A stretch of DNA of 64,000 nucleotides from a bacterium (GCA_016125045.1 WGML01000009.1:117206-181205), one strand, 5' to 3'. Positions 36,945 through 46,848 are shown, counted from the stretch's first letter. Numbers and translations are program-made. Notes: generated from the letters alone by a model not told the origin.

Positions 36945-37108
36945 TCCTCAACTCTCACGATCAGTTGTCCCCGGCCAGAAATCCGCGGCCAGATGTCCGC
37001 GACCAGACGCCCCGCCGGCGGAGCCGCGCTCTCGCGGCACCCTCTTACAATCGCCCCGCCCCGGCAAGCTTGATCGCGGTTGCGGCGAAGCGCCCCGGCC
37101 ACGCTCGT

Positions 37109-37879
37109 CTACGCGGATGAGCCCGCCGCTGGATCAATCCCGGCCGGCAGCCAGCTCGGCTTCGCGGTCTTGCCCCCGAGCCAGTCGAAATATTCGGCAT
37201 AGGAGCCATAGGCGAGCCGCGGCTCGCGCCTTTCCGCCCGGGCGAGCTTCTGTTCATCGATGGCCTCCTCCGTCCAGTCGGTCGGCGGCGGCATTTCATC
37301 TCTCTCGAACCACCAGACATTGATGTGCCGCGTCGTCCATCTCGGTCCGGACGGACCCGGGTCTTGCGAGCCGATCGGCCAGACATAGCCGAGCAGCGTC
37401 TCGAGACGCCGTCGCAGCTCGTCGAGCCAGTTGATCCCGTCGTCTTCGTGTTGCGGCGGAGCCATTGCCTTGCCTCCGCCCTGCAACCTGTCCCCGACCC
37501 GAAGCATCCGCTCGGCGAGGCGCAGGGCGGTCTCGGCGCTCCGCATCTCGCCTTGCTCGGTCAGCGCCACGGCGATCGCCGACAGCTGCTCGGCCTGCGT
37601 CCGCATCGCCTTTCCGTCCGCGACATCGGTGAGGTTCAGCGGCGCCGTGTTGCGCCGCCCGGCAAGCGCGGGGTTCAGGCCCGCTGCGATCGCGGCGGCT
37701 GTCTCTTGATCGAGGTCCTTGCGCCGCCATCCACCCGCCTGCGCCCATTGCGCCAGCGTCGAGCCCGGCACGCCGAGCCGCGCCGCGACCTCCGCGCGCG
37801 CCGCGCCCGCCCGCACCAGCCGCTCGGCCTCGGCCCGAAGCTCCCGCCGCGCTTCCTCAGATCGGTAGCCAAATCCCAT
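37109..37879 (-). CDS. Hypothetical protein with an N-terminal HTH-like segment
   Basis: The ATG at 37879 gives MGFGYRSEEARRELRAEAERLVRAGAARAEVAARLGVPGSTLAQWAQAGGWRRK... I do not recognise the Trp-rich C-terminal domain. Confidence 0.55.
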   Translation of the reverse strand: MGFGYRSEEARRELRAEAERLVRAGAARAEVAARLGVPGSTLAQWAQAGGWRRKDLDQETAAAIAAGLNPALAGRRNTAPLNLTDVADGKAMRTQAEQLSAIAVALTEQGEMRSAETALRLAERMLRVGDRLQGGGKAMAPPQHEDDGINWLDELRRRLETLLGYVWPIGSQDPGPSGPRWTTRHINVWWFERDEMPPPTDWTEEAIDEQKLARAERREPRLAYGSYAEYFDWLGGKTAKPSWLPAGIDPAAGSSA

Positions 37880-37935
37880 GGCCGGAAGTCTAAGGCGCCC
37901 CGGCCGCGAGGGGGACAAGTCATCGCGCCCCCTCC

Positions 37936-38240
37936 TGTCATCCCGGAACCGCCGAAGGCGGTATCCGGGACCCAGCGTCACCTGCCCCCAAAACGCCTGC
38001 ACGCCCCCGATCCAGCACCCCCTGGGTCCCGGGTCTCGCTGGCGCTCGCCCGGGATGACACCCTTCCATGCACGATCAGATTGTCATCCCGGAAGCGGCG
38101 TGAGCCGCTATCCGGGACCCAGCCTCAAGAACCGCAATGCGCCACCCCCCCCTCCGGTCCTTCGGACCACCTCCCCCGTGAACGGGGGAGGATAAGAACC
38201 AACCCCGCCCCAGCTGTCCTCCCCCGTTCACGGGCCAGGT
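37936..38240. repeat. Intergenic mosaic repeat cluster C
   Basis: Family-1 elements lie at 37936-37975, 38022-38060 (inverted) and 38082-38122. The family-2 element is at 38150-38211, with a partial copy at about 38214-38236. 38019-38094 matches cluster B at 73/76 positions. The first 56 nt from 38082 are identical to those from 30074. Confidence 0.9.
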
Positions 38241-38281
38241 GCTGAGGGCCGCAGGCCCGAGGCGGAGGGGGTGGACATCCC

Positions 38282-40468
38282 CTAAATCCCCAGCTCCGCC
38301 TCGCGCAGCCGTTTCACCTCGTCGCGCAGGCGCGCGGCCTCCTCGAATTCGAGGTTCGCGGCCGCCTCCCGCATCTTCTTCTCAAGGTCGCCGATCACCG
38401 CCTGCAGATTGTGGCCCGGGCCGCCGACGCCATACTCGTCCCCCTCCTCGGCGAGCACGAAGCGCGCATCCGACTTGCCGGCCCCTCTGCCCCCGCCCGA
38501 TCCGCCGCGCCCGCGGCCGGTCTTCGGCGCCGACTGGACGCCCTCCAGCACATCCTTCACGCCCGAGATCACCGTCACCGGAACGAGCCCGTTCGCCTCA
38601 TTGTGCGCGATCTGCTTGGCGCGCCGCCGCTCGGTTTCCGCCATCGCCCGCGCCATCGAGCCGGTGACGCTGTCCGCATAGAGCACCACGCGCGCCTCCG
38701 AATTGCGCGCCGCCCGGCCGATCGTCTGAACGAGCGAGGTCTCCGACCGCAGAAACCCTTCCTTGTCCGCGTCGAGAATGCCCACGAACGCGCATTCCGG
38801 GATGTCGAGACCCTCGCGCAGGAGGTTGATCCCCACGAGCACGTCGAACTTGCCGAGCCGGAGGTCGCGGATGATCTCGATGCGCTCGATCGTGTCGATG
38901 TCGGAATGCATGTAGCGCACGCGCACGCCCTGCTCGTGGAAGTGCTCGGTGAGCTGTTCGGCCATCTTCTTCGTCAGCGTCGTCACGAGCGAACGGAAGC
39001 CCTTGGCCGCCGTCGCCTTCACCTCCGCGAGGCAGTCGTCCACCTGGTTTGCGCCGTCGCGAAAAACCGGGCGCACCTCGACCGGCGGGTCGATCAGGTT
39101 CGTCGGGCGGATGATCTGTTCGGTGAACACACCGCCCGTGCGTTCGAGCTCCCACGGGCCGGGCGTCGCCGAGACGTGCACCGTCTGCGGCCGCATCGCC
39201 TCCCACTCCTCGAATTTGAGCGGCCGGTTGTCGAGGCAGCTCGGCAGGCGGAAGCCGTATTCCGAAAGGGTGTATTTGCGGCTGTAGTCGCCCTTGTACA
39301 TCGCGCCGAGCTGCGGGATCGTCTGGTGGCTCTCGTCGACGAAGACGATCGCGTTCTCCGGCAGGTATTCGAACATCGTCGGCGGCGGCTCGCCGGGTTT
39401 GCGGCCCGTGAGATAGCGCGAATAGTTCTCGATGCCGGCGCAGCTTCCGGTCGCGACGATCATTTCGAGGTCGAACTCGGTGCGCTGCTGAAGGCGCTGC
39501 GCCTCCAGGAGCTTGCCGTGCTGGGTCAGCCAGTTCACGCGCTGGCGCATCTCGTCCTTGATCAGCTCCACCGCCTGGGCGAGCGTCGGGCGCGGCGTCA
39601 CATAATGGCTGTTGGCGTACACCTTGATGCGGGGCAGCCGCTGCAGCGCCTTGCCCGACAACGGGTCGAATTCGTGGATCGCCTCCACCTCGTCGCCGAA
39701 GAACGACACCCGCCAGGCCCGGTCCTCCTGGTGGGCGGGCCAGACGTCCAGCACATCGCCCTTGATGCGGAACGTGCCGCGCCCGAAGGCGTGGTCGTTG
39801 CGCTTGTACTGGAGCGCCACGAGGTCGGCTGCGACCTCGCGCGGGGATCGGGTCTCGCCCTCGATCAGCGCGAACGTCATGGCGGAGTAGGATTCCACCG
39901 ACCCGATGCCGTAGATACACGACACCGACGCAACGATGATAACATCGTCGCGTTCAAGGATCGCCCGCGTCGCCGAGTGGCGCATCCGGTCGATCGCCTC
40001 GTTGATGGAGCTTTCCTTCTCGATATAGGTGTCCGTGCGCGGCACATAGGCTTCCGGCTGGTAGTAATCGTAATACGAAACGAAGTACTCGACACTATTA
40101 CCAGGAAAGAACGCCTTGAATTCGCCATACAATTGCGCGGCCAGCGTCTTGTTGTGGGCGAGGATCAGGGCCGGCCGCTGCACCGCCTCGATGACCTTCG
40201 CCATGGTGAACGTCTTGCCGGACCCGGTCACTCCCAGAAGAACCTGGTCCATCTCCCCGCTCTCGACGCCCTGCACGAGGTCGGCGATGGCCTGCGGCTG
40301 ATCCCCGGCGGGTTGATAGGCGGCGGCGACCTCGAAGCGGCGTCCGCCCTCGAACTTCTCCCATTCGCGAGCGGGCCTGTGGGGCGCCCAGATCGCCGGG
40401 GCCGGCGCCTCGGAGACGCCGCCGCGCGGTGCTTCTTCGGTCGTGATCGATCGCTTCGGTCTGGCCAT
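38282..40468 (-). CDS. uvrB: Excinuclease ABC subunit B
   Basis: The helicase motifs [12 protein letters not shown] and DESH are present, together with the C-terminal UVR domain ([22 protein letters not shown]). Start taken at MARPKRS. Confidence 0.95.
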   Translation of the reverse strand: MARPKRSITTEEAPRGGVSEAPAPAIWAPHRPAREWEKFEGGRRFEVAAAYQPAGDQPQAIADLVQGVESGEMDQVLLGVTGSGKTFTMAKVIEAVQRPALILAHNKTLAAQLYGEFKAFFPGNSVEYFVSYYDYYQPEAYVPRTDTYIEKESSINEAIDRMRHSATRAILERDDVIIVASVSCIYGIGSVESYSAMTFALIEGETRSPREVAADLVALQYKRNDHAFGRGTFRIKGDVLDVWPAHQEDRAWRVSFFGDEVEAIHEFDPLSGKALQRLPRIKVYANSHYVTPRPTLAQAVELIKDEMRQRVNWLTQHGKLLEAQRLQQRTEFDLEMIVATGSCAGIENYSRYLTGRKPGEPPPTMFEYLPENAIVFVDESHQTIPQLGAMYKGDYSRKYTLSEYGFRLPSCLDNRPLKFEEWEAMRPQTVHVSATPGPWELERTGGVFTEQIIRPTNLIDPPVEVRPVFRDGANQVDDCLAEVKATAAKGFRSLVTTLTKKMAEQLTEHFHEQGVRVRYMHSDIDTIERIEIIRDLRLGKFDVLVGINLLREGLDIPECAFVGILDADKEGFLRSETSLVQTIGRAARNSEARVVLYADSVTGSMARAMAETERRRAKQIAHNEANGLVPVTVISGVKDVLEGVQSAPKTGRGRGGSGGGRGAGKSDARFVLAEEGDEYGVGGPGHNLQAVIGDLEKKMREAAANLEFEEAARLRDEVKRLREAELGI

Positions 40469-40571
40469 GTCCCGAATATGGCGCAGCCCCGGATGCAACG
40501 CCACCGCGCTCTTCGCCACATTTTTGCGCCAGCGTGCGGTTATCCCCCGACGACCTTGACCGGAGTTCCGA

Positions 40572-41852
40572 ATGCCCCGCCCTCGACCAGGCCCCGCCGC
40601 CGCGCTCGCAGCCGTCGTCTCCCTGCTGCTCACCTTCGGCGCCGTCGCCCAGACCACTGCGTCAGGCTGGCGGGACGCCAGCAGATGGGAAGACGGCCGG
40701 AGCGTCGCCTGGCGGTCCGAGCCCGCACCCGCGTGCGAGGGCTCACATGTCGAACTCCAGATCACCAACCGCTCCAGCGTCGACCGCCAGGCCGCCTTGC
40801 GGTCGGCGACCTTCGCCTGCACCCGCGGCGGCTCCGACCAGTTGGCCCCCCGCGCACTTGGCTTCTCTCCCGCAGCTTCCACCCAGACCTCGGATCGCTT
40901 CTCATGCGTCTGCGCGGAGCGCGGCGGAGTGCTGGACCTCACGGATCTGGACGTGAGCTTCGCACTTCAGGGTCAAGGCGAATACACGACCGCTGAAGGG
41001 TGCCGGTACAAAGGGTCGTTCTCAAACGACAAGCGCAACGGTCCCGGAGAGTATGTTTGCCCGGATGGGACCCGGGCCGCCGGCCTGTTCGTCAACGGCG
41101 AACTGAATGGCTCCGGTGAGGAAACGCTTGCGAACGGCCAGCGCTATGTCGGTGCATTCATCAACGGTCGCAGAGAAGGGGCCGGCGTGATGACCTTCGC
41201 GGACGGATCCCGTTATGAGGGGGACTTCGTGGCCGGCAAGCGCGAGGGAACCGGGACGATGACCTACCCGGACGGCTCCAAGTATATCGGCGACTGGAAG
41301 GCGGATCGACGCTCCGGGGTCGGCACGTTTGTCGCCGCCGGCGGTGTGTGGACCTATGACGGCGACTGGGTGAACGACCAGCGCCAGGGCTCCGGCCGGC
41401 TCAGTTACGCTGATGGCTCCTACTCCTATCAAGGCACGTTCCGGCAGGACCTGCCAGAAGGACCAGGCCTCGCTCGGTTCGCGGATGGGCGGGTGTTTCG
41501 CGGCGAGTATCTCGCGGGCGTGCAATCCGGCGAGGGTGTCCTCACCTTTCCGGACGGCCGCACCATTTCCGGGTCTTTCCAGGATCACCAACCGAACGGC
41601 CGCGCCATCGATTCAGGCCCTGCCGGCGTGTTCGACGGCGAGTGGATGGACGGCGTGCTCAACGGCGCAGCGCGCGTCACCGCCAATGGAACTGTCTTTG
41701 AAGGCACGTTCGTGAACGGCAAGCGCAACGGCCGAGGAATCGAGCGGCTGGCCGACGGGTCGCAGCAGGAGTGCAATTTCGTCGACGACCAGATCAAGGG
41801 TCCTTGCAACCGCACGCTGAAGGACGGCCGCAGAATCGAGTTCCGCAGATAG
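40572..41852 (+). CDS. Secreted MORN-repeat protein
   Basis: Signal peptide ...[17 protein letters not shown] Cys-containing N-terminal domain is followed by about 12 repeats of the Y.G.f..g...G.G type ([41 protein letters not shown]...). Confidence 0.8.
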   Translation: MPRPRPGPAAALAAVVSLLLTFGAVAQTTASGWRDASRWEDGRSVAWRSEPAPACEGSHVELQITNRSSVDRQAALRSATFACTRGGSDQLAPRALGFSPAASTQTSDRFSCVCAERGGVLDLTDLDVSFALQGQGEYTTAEGCRYKGSFSNDKRNGPGEYVCPDGTRAAGLFVNGELNGSGEETLANGQRYVGAFINGRREGAGVMTFADGSRYEGDFVAGKREGTGTMTYPDGSKYIGDWKADRRSGVGTFVAAGGVWTYDGDWVNDQRQGSGRLSYADGSYSYQGTFRQDLPEGPGLARFADGRVFRGEYLAGVQSGEGVLTFPDGRTISGSFQDHQPNGRAIDSGPAGVFDGEWMDGVLNGAARVTANGTVFEGTFVNGKRNGRGIERLADGSQQECNFVDDQIKGPCNRTLKDGRRIEFRR

Positions 41853-41903
41853 GGTGATCCTCGGTCCGGATCACCAAAAACCTGCGAGCGGCGAGCTTCC
41901 TAC

Positions 41904-43829
41904 TCAGGCTGACTTCAGGAACGGGCGGACGTCTCCGCCCGAGCGCTGAGCGACCTGCTCGACCTGGTCGATCTGGGACGCCGGGACAGCCCGTCCGAAC
42001 AGGAAGCCCTGGAATTCCTGACATCCGAACTCGCGCAGCAGCGCGGCCTGCGGCTCGGTTTCCACGCCCTCGGCAAGCACGCGCATGCCGAGATCCTTGG
42101 CGAGCCCGATCACGGACCGCACGATCGCCTGGGCTTCACGGCTGGACTCGATGTTGCGCACGAAACACTGATCGATCTTGAGCTTGTCGAACGGGAACGC
42201 CCGCAGATAGTTGAGCGACGAGAAACCCGTTCCGAAGTCATCGAGCGCGATCCGCACGCCGACTTCGCGCAGCGCTTCGAGGGTGCGCAGATTGCTTGCG
42301 GTCTCGCGCATCAGCACCGATTCAGTGATCTCGATCTCCAGGCGCCCCGCGTCGAGGCCCGACCGGCCAAGCGCCTGCAAGACCGTGCCGACGATCGCCG
42401 GATTTCGAAACTGCGCGCTCGAAAGATTCACCGCCACACGCAATGAGGTGTCGCGCCAACGCGCCGCTTCCTCGATGGCGCGCCGTATCGCCCACTCCCC
42501 GAGCGGCACGATGACACCCGTCTCCTCGGCGCAAGCAATGAACTCGGTCGGCGTCACCAGTCCGTGGCCCGGCCGGCGCCAGCGCAGCAGCGTTTCATAG
42601 CCTACAGGCGTCTCGGTTTGCGCGCTCACCAGCGGCTGGAAATAGACGTCCATACCATCGGTCGCGAGCGCACGCCGCAGGTCCGTCTCAAGTTCCGCCC
42701 GCGCCCGCGCATCCGTCTCCATGCCGGGCTCGAAGAAACGCGAGCACCCGCGCCCGTGGTCCTTTGCGCGCTGCAGCGCCAACTCGGCGTTCCGAAGCAG
42801 CTCGGATGCGTCGTCACCGTCCTCCGGCGCAATGGCGATGCCGACGCTGCCGCCGACAATCACGGTCTGCCCCTGCACCATCACCGGCGCGAGCATCGCA
42901 TCGACCATGAGGTCGGCGAGGTGGTCGGCGGTCTCCCTTGTGGCGCCGATCTGAAGCACCGCGAAATCATCTCCATGAAGCCGCGCCAGCACAACGTCCG
43001 GACCGACACAGTCCCGCAGCCGGCCGGCGACCAGCTTCAGGAACGCGTCGCCGGCGGCGTGACCGAGCGAGTCGTTCACCGATTTGAAATTGTCGATATC
43101 GATGCAGTGAAGGGCGAACGTCTCCCCTGAAGACCGCATCTGTTCGAATGCCCCTTCCACCTTATCAAGTAACGCGGCGCGGTTGGGCAGATGGGTGAGC
43201 GAGTCAAACTGGCTGTAGTAAGCGACTTCCTTCGTCGTCCCCGTGGATTCGGTCATATCCGAGGCGACGCCCCCAAAACCGCCATCCGCCTGAACGCGGC
43301 CCGAGAGCCGCCACCAGCGCGGTTCGCCCGGCGACTGCATTTCCAGCACCAGTTCGTGGAAGTTGCGCCCCTGGATCAGCGCTTTTTCAAGATCGCGTCC
43401 GCTGGACGGCGCGAAGAGGTCGATGAAGGGGCGTCCTTCGAGTCCCGCGGCCGGGTAGCGGGCCGCCTCAGCAAAGCGAGGCGACACGCCTCGCAGCCGC
43501 CATTGCGGGTCGACCGACCACAGCCAGTCCGCCTTGCCGTCATCATCGTCGCGCAGGAGGAGACCGATCGTTTCGCGGGCCCGCGTGAGCGATCGGTCGG
43601 CCCGTCCAAGTCTAAGCGCCAGCAGGGCGCACGCCGCCGACGCGAGGCAGATGCCGACGATCACCCCCCGGAGAGCGGGAACTAGGAACATGGTCGCGGT
43701 TAGGCCCGTGACGCCAATCAACGCGATCAAACGGGGCCGTTGAATGCCGAAGGGACGCTGATCAGGCTCAACGCCGGGTGCACGGCTGCGTGAGCCGGCC
43801 TCCAGTCCATTTGACCCGTCTGTCCGCAC
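41904..43829 (-). CDS. Membrane PAS-GGDEF-EAL signalling protein (GGDEF motif degenerate)
   Basis: The GTG at 43829 follows an AGAGGGA Shine-Dalgarno site; the start is uncertain. Two TM segments. The GGDEF position reads RLHGDDFAVL. EAL-domain motifs present: YETLLRW, DDFGTGFSSL, KIDQCF, EGVET. Confidence 0.85.
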   Translation of the reverse strand: MRTDGSNGLEAGSRSRAPGVEPDQRPFGIQRPRLIALIGVTGLTATMFLVPALRGVIVGICLASAACALLALRLGRADRSLTRARETIGLLLRDDDDGKADWLWSVDPQWRLRGVSPRFAEAARYPAAGLEGRPFIDLFAPSSGRDLEKALIQGRNFHELVLEMQSPGEPRWWRLSGRVQADGGFGGVASDMTESTGTTKEVAYYSQFDSLTHLPNRAALLDKVEGAFEQMRSSGETFALHCIDIDNFKSVNDSLGHAAGDAFLKLVAGRLRDCVGPDVVLARLHGDDFAVLQIGATRETADHLADLMVDAMLAPVMVQGQTVIVGGSVGIAIAPEDGDDASELLRNAELALQRAKDHGRGCSRFFEPGMETDARARAELETDLRRALATDGMDVYFQPLVSAQTETPVGYETLLRWRRPGHGLVTPTEFIACAEETGVIVPLGEWAIRRAIEEAARWRDTSLRVAVNLSSAQFRNPAIVGTVLQALGRSGLDAGRLEIEITESVLMRETASNLRTLEALREVGVRIALDDFGTGFSSLNYLRAFPFDKLKIDQCFVRNIESSREAQAIVRSVIGLAKDLGMRVLAEGVETEPQAALLREFGCQEFQGFLFGRAVPASQIDQVEQVAQRSGGDVRPFLKSA

Positions 43830-43903
43830 AAGATGTCCCTCTGCACGCACCCGAAGGTTGCGCCAACCGCCCCCACTTATCGCACAGCAGCGTCGCCAAG
43901 CCG

Positions 43904-44935
43904 TTAATCGCGGCGCGCACCGAGACACGCCCTCAAAGCGTCGACATCCTCGGCGCGGGTCGCCCAGGAAGCCACGAAGCGATGGACGCCGCCTTCCCAA
44001 GGCGCGAACAAAGCCCCTGCCTGCTGGAGACGTCGCAGCGTTTCGGCCGGAAGGACCGCAAAGATCTCATTGCCGTCGACCGGCGCCGCCAGCTGCGCGG
44101 CGCCCTCTGACACCAGCACCTCGGCGAGCTTGGCGGCGGTGGCGTTCGCGTGCGCAGCGAGATCGAGCCACAGCCCGTCCGCCAGATAGGCCGTCAACTG
44201 GGCGCCGAGATAGCGCATTTTCGGCGGCATGTGCCCGCCTCTCTTGGCGCGCTCCCGGAGCTCGCCGATCCGCTGGCGCGCTTCGCCGAAGAGAATGATC
44301 GCTTCCACGCCTAGGGCGCCGTTCTTGGTGGCCCCAAAGCTCAAGACGTCCACCCCGGATTTCCATGTCAATTCGGCGGGAGATGCACCCGTCCCAGCGA
44401 CCGCGTTCGCGAATCGGGCGCCGTCGAGATGAACCAGCAACCCACCCGCCTTGGCGGCGTCCGTCAGCACCCGCATTTCCGCAGGGGAATAAGCGGCCCC
44501 GGACTCTGTCAGGTTGGAAAGCGAGAGCGCCGCCGCGGGAACCTGATGAACCGAGCCTGGCCGGTCGGAGGCAAGCCTGCCCGCGAGCGCAGCGGGATCG
44601 ATCTTCCCATGCGCCCCGGAAAGCAGCTGGAGCTTGGCGCCGCCCGTGAAAAACTCCGGTGCGCCACGTTCATCGCGCTCGACATGCGCCTGCTCATGAC
44701 ACAGCACCGCCCCTGTTGGCGGACAGATGACCGACAATGCGAGGGCGTTGGCCGCCGTTCCGGAGGCTGTAAGCCAGACCTCCACATCCGTCTCGAACAC
44801 CGCGGCGATCGCGGCGCGCGCGGCCTCGCACCAGGCGTCGGCGCCATAGCTCGCCGCCATGCCCCGATTTGCCGCCGCAACCGCTTCCATGATCAGCGGG
44901 TGCGCCGGGGCGGAGGTATCGGACGAGAAATTCAT
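43904..44935 (-). CDS. ltaE: Low-specificity L-threonine aldolase (beta-eliminating lyase family)
   Basis: MNFSSDTSAPAHPLIMEAVAAANRG...TASGTAANALALS...LSFGATKNGA, which includes the PLP-binding lysine context. Confidence 0.8.
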   Translation of the reverse strand: MNFSSDTSAPAHPLIMEAVAAANRGMAASYGADAWCEAARAAIAAVFETDVEVWLTASGTAANALALSVICPPTGAVLCHEQAHVERDERGAPEFFTGGAKLQLLSGAHGKIDPAALAGRLASDRPGSVHQVPAAALSLSNLTESGAAYSPAEMRVLTDAAKAGGLLVHLDGARFANAVAGTGASPAELTWKSGVDVLSFGATKNGALGVEAIILFGEARQRIGELRERAKRGGHMPPKMRYLGAQLTAYLADGLWLDLAAHANATAAKLAEVLVSEGAAQLAAPVDGNEIFAVLPAETLRRLQQAGALFAPWEGGVHRFVASWATRAEDVDALRACLGARRD

Positions 44936-45006
44936 CGCCACAGGGCTCCTTGGGGCCGGGCCGTGCGTCGTCGCCTGCTTGCGCGCCCCTTGGTTTGGCC
45001 TAAACA

Positions 45007-46497
45007 TTGGTTCCGACGAGGGCAATGGGGGGCGGGATGGGGTTCGACCCCGCGACGGCGACCACGGTGGTGGAGCCTTGGTCGCATGAACAGCGATATC
45101 TCGACCAGATGGCCGACGCCGCCGCGCTCGACGCGGCATGCGAGGGACTTGCCCGCGCCGATCCGGAAGCATCTGCGAAAGTCCTCGCGACCCCCGGCCA
45201 GAAGCATGGCGCGTGGGCGCTCCTTGGCGCATTCGTCGTTTTTGTCATGCTGGATGCGCCGGCGCTCTGGACCGCCATGGCTGCGGTCGCCACCTTCGTT
45301 TTTGGCGCGCTGATCATTCTGCGTTTCGCCGCGCTCATTGGGTTTCTGGGCGGAAGACACGGGCCGGAAACGAGCGCCGCCGATACGCCTTTGCCGGTGG
45401 TGTCGCTGCTTGTGCCGCTGCACCGCGAGGCCAACATGGTCGCACAGCTCGCCGAGGCGATCGCGCGGATCGACTACCCCGAGGACCGTCTCGATGTCAT
45501 CTTCATCACCGAGGCGGACGACGAAGCGACGAACGCCGCGCTGCGGCGCGACGCGCGCCTGTCGGACATGATCCGTATTCTTCCAGCGCCGCCCTGCGCG
45601 CCACGCACGAAACCCAAGGCGCTCAACTTCGCCCTTGCCTTCGCTCGCGGCGACATCATCGGCGTCCTTGACGCCGAGGACCGTCCTCACCCGAGGCAGG
45701 TGCGCGCCGCGGCCGCAGCGTTCGCGCACGGCCCAAGGTCACTCGCGGTCGTGCAGGCTCCCCTGCTCACGGACAACCCGCATGAAAGCTGGCTGGCAGC
45801 CCATTTTCACCTCGAATACGCCAATCACTCTCTGATCTGGCTGCCCTTCCTCGCGCGCCTCCACTGGCCGCTCATGCTTGGTGGAACGAGCAATTATTTC
45901 AGCGCGCGTCATCTGCGCAAGGCTGGCGGGTGGGACCCCTACAACGTTACGGAGGACGCCGATCTCGGCCTCCGGCTCGCGCGGTTCGGCTTCACGGCGC
46001 GTGTCATCCAACCGCCCACGATCGAGGAAGGCCCGGTCCGCGCCCGCGACTGGCTCACCCAACGCACGCGCTGGATCAAGGGACACCTGCAAACATGGCT
46101 GGTGCTCAACCGGCGACCGTTCGAGACCGCCTCAGGCATGGGAGTGTGGTCCTATTTCGGGGCGCAGATCACGCTCGGCGGATCCCTTCTCGCCGCTGCG
46201 CTGCACGGCCCGTTGCTTGTCTGGCTGATCACGGCGATCGCCTTCAGACCCGACTTTATCGCCGACTGGCGGGCGATTCTCCTTGGGGCGGGATATGTCA
46301 GCTCCGCGGCGTCGGCGCTCGCGGCCGCCGGGCTGCGAGACCGGGGATGGACGCTGCTGTCCCTGCCGCTCTACCGGCCCTTGCTCAGCATCGCCTTCGC
46401 GATTGCCGTGCACGATCTCCTGTCCCGCCCCCACCACTGGGCCAAGACGCCGCACCGGCCGCAGGCGGACCGGCTTGCGAACCGTTCGCGGTCATGA
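45007..46497 (+). CDS. Membrane glycosyltransferase family 2 (processive type)
   Basis: VSLLVPLHREANMV, DAED and QRTRWIKG (the Q.xRW motif), with flanking TM helices. The start could lie a few codons downstream. Confidence 0.85.
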   Translation: MVPTRAMGGGMGFDPATATTVVEPWSHEQRYLDQMADAAALDAACEGLARADPEASAKVLATPGQKHGAWALLGAFVVFVMLDAPALWTAMAAVATFVFGALIILRFAALIGFLGGRHGPETSAADTPLPVVSLLVPLHREANMVAQLAEAIARIDYPEDRLDVIFITEADDEATNAALRRDARLSDMIRILPAPPCAPRTKPKALNFALAFARGDIIGVLDAEDRPHPRQVRAAAAAFAHGPRSLAVVQAPLLTDNPHESWLAAHFHLEYANHSLIWLPFLARLHWPLMLGGTSNYFSARHLRKAGGWDPYNVTEDADLGLRLARFGFTARVIQPPTIEEGPVRARDWLTQRTRWIKGHLQTWLVLNRRPFETASGMGVWSYFGAQITLGGSLLAAALHGPLLVWLITAIAFRPDFIADWRAILLGAGYVSSAASALAAAGLRDRGWTLLSLPLYRPLLSIAFAIAVHDLLSRPHHWAKTPHRPQADRLANRSRS

Positions 46498-46554
46498 TGA
46501 AGCACGGTGCTGGCCTATCGATCAGTGTTGCAAACAGTCGGATGAGTTCAATCA

Positions 46555-46758
46555 ATGGGCTGGACCGGAACCATCATCGCCGGGGCGGTTGGGCTTGGAT
46601 TGATCATTGTATCCGCCTGGCGGGCTGAACAACCCGTCAATCCGCTGCGGCCGCGAATGATCCCCTGGCGCTTCCTGACGCTGGTGGGCGCCGCCTGGGT
46701 GCTTGTCATCGTGACGCACATGGTCAACCTCGCCGGCTTTGAAACCGGACCCCGTTAG
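46555..46758 (+). CDS. Small two-TM membrane protein
   Basis: 67 aa with two hydrophobic helices and coding-like codon usage. Confidence 0.45.
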   Translation: MGWTGTIIAGAVGLGLIIVSAWRAEQPVNPLRPRMIPWRFLTLVGAAWVLVIVTHMVNLAGFETGPR

Positions 46759-46848
46759 ACGATCCTCTTTGCGAATCTGCGTGTCGAGCGATAGTCTGAC
46801 CGGCGAGGCTCGACGGGCGCCAAGACCCGCGTCCTCGGGGGAGGTTCC

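Noticed and set aside
38411-40996. 861-aa ORF on the plus strand
   Set aside because: It is antisense to uvrB, whose helicase and UVR motifs are unambiguous. The product is Arg/His-rich nonsense.
45040-45062. tRNA T-arm-like ggggttcgacccc
   Set aside because: The loop is only 5 nt, there are no flanking acceptor or anticodon stems, and it lies inside the GT2 coding region. The other GGTTCGA occurrences (19366, 54661) are also within CDSs.
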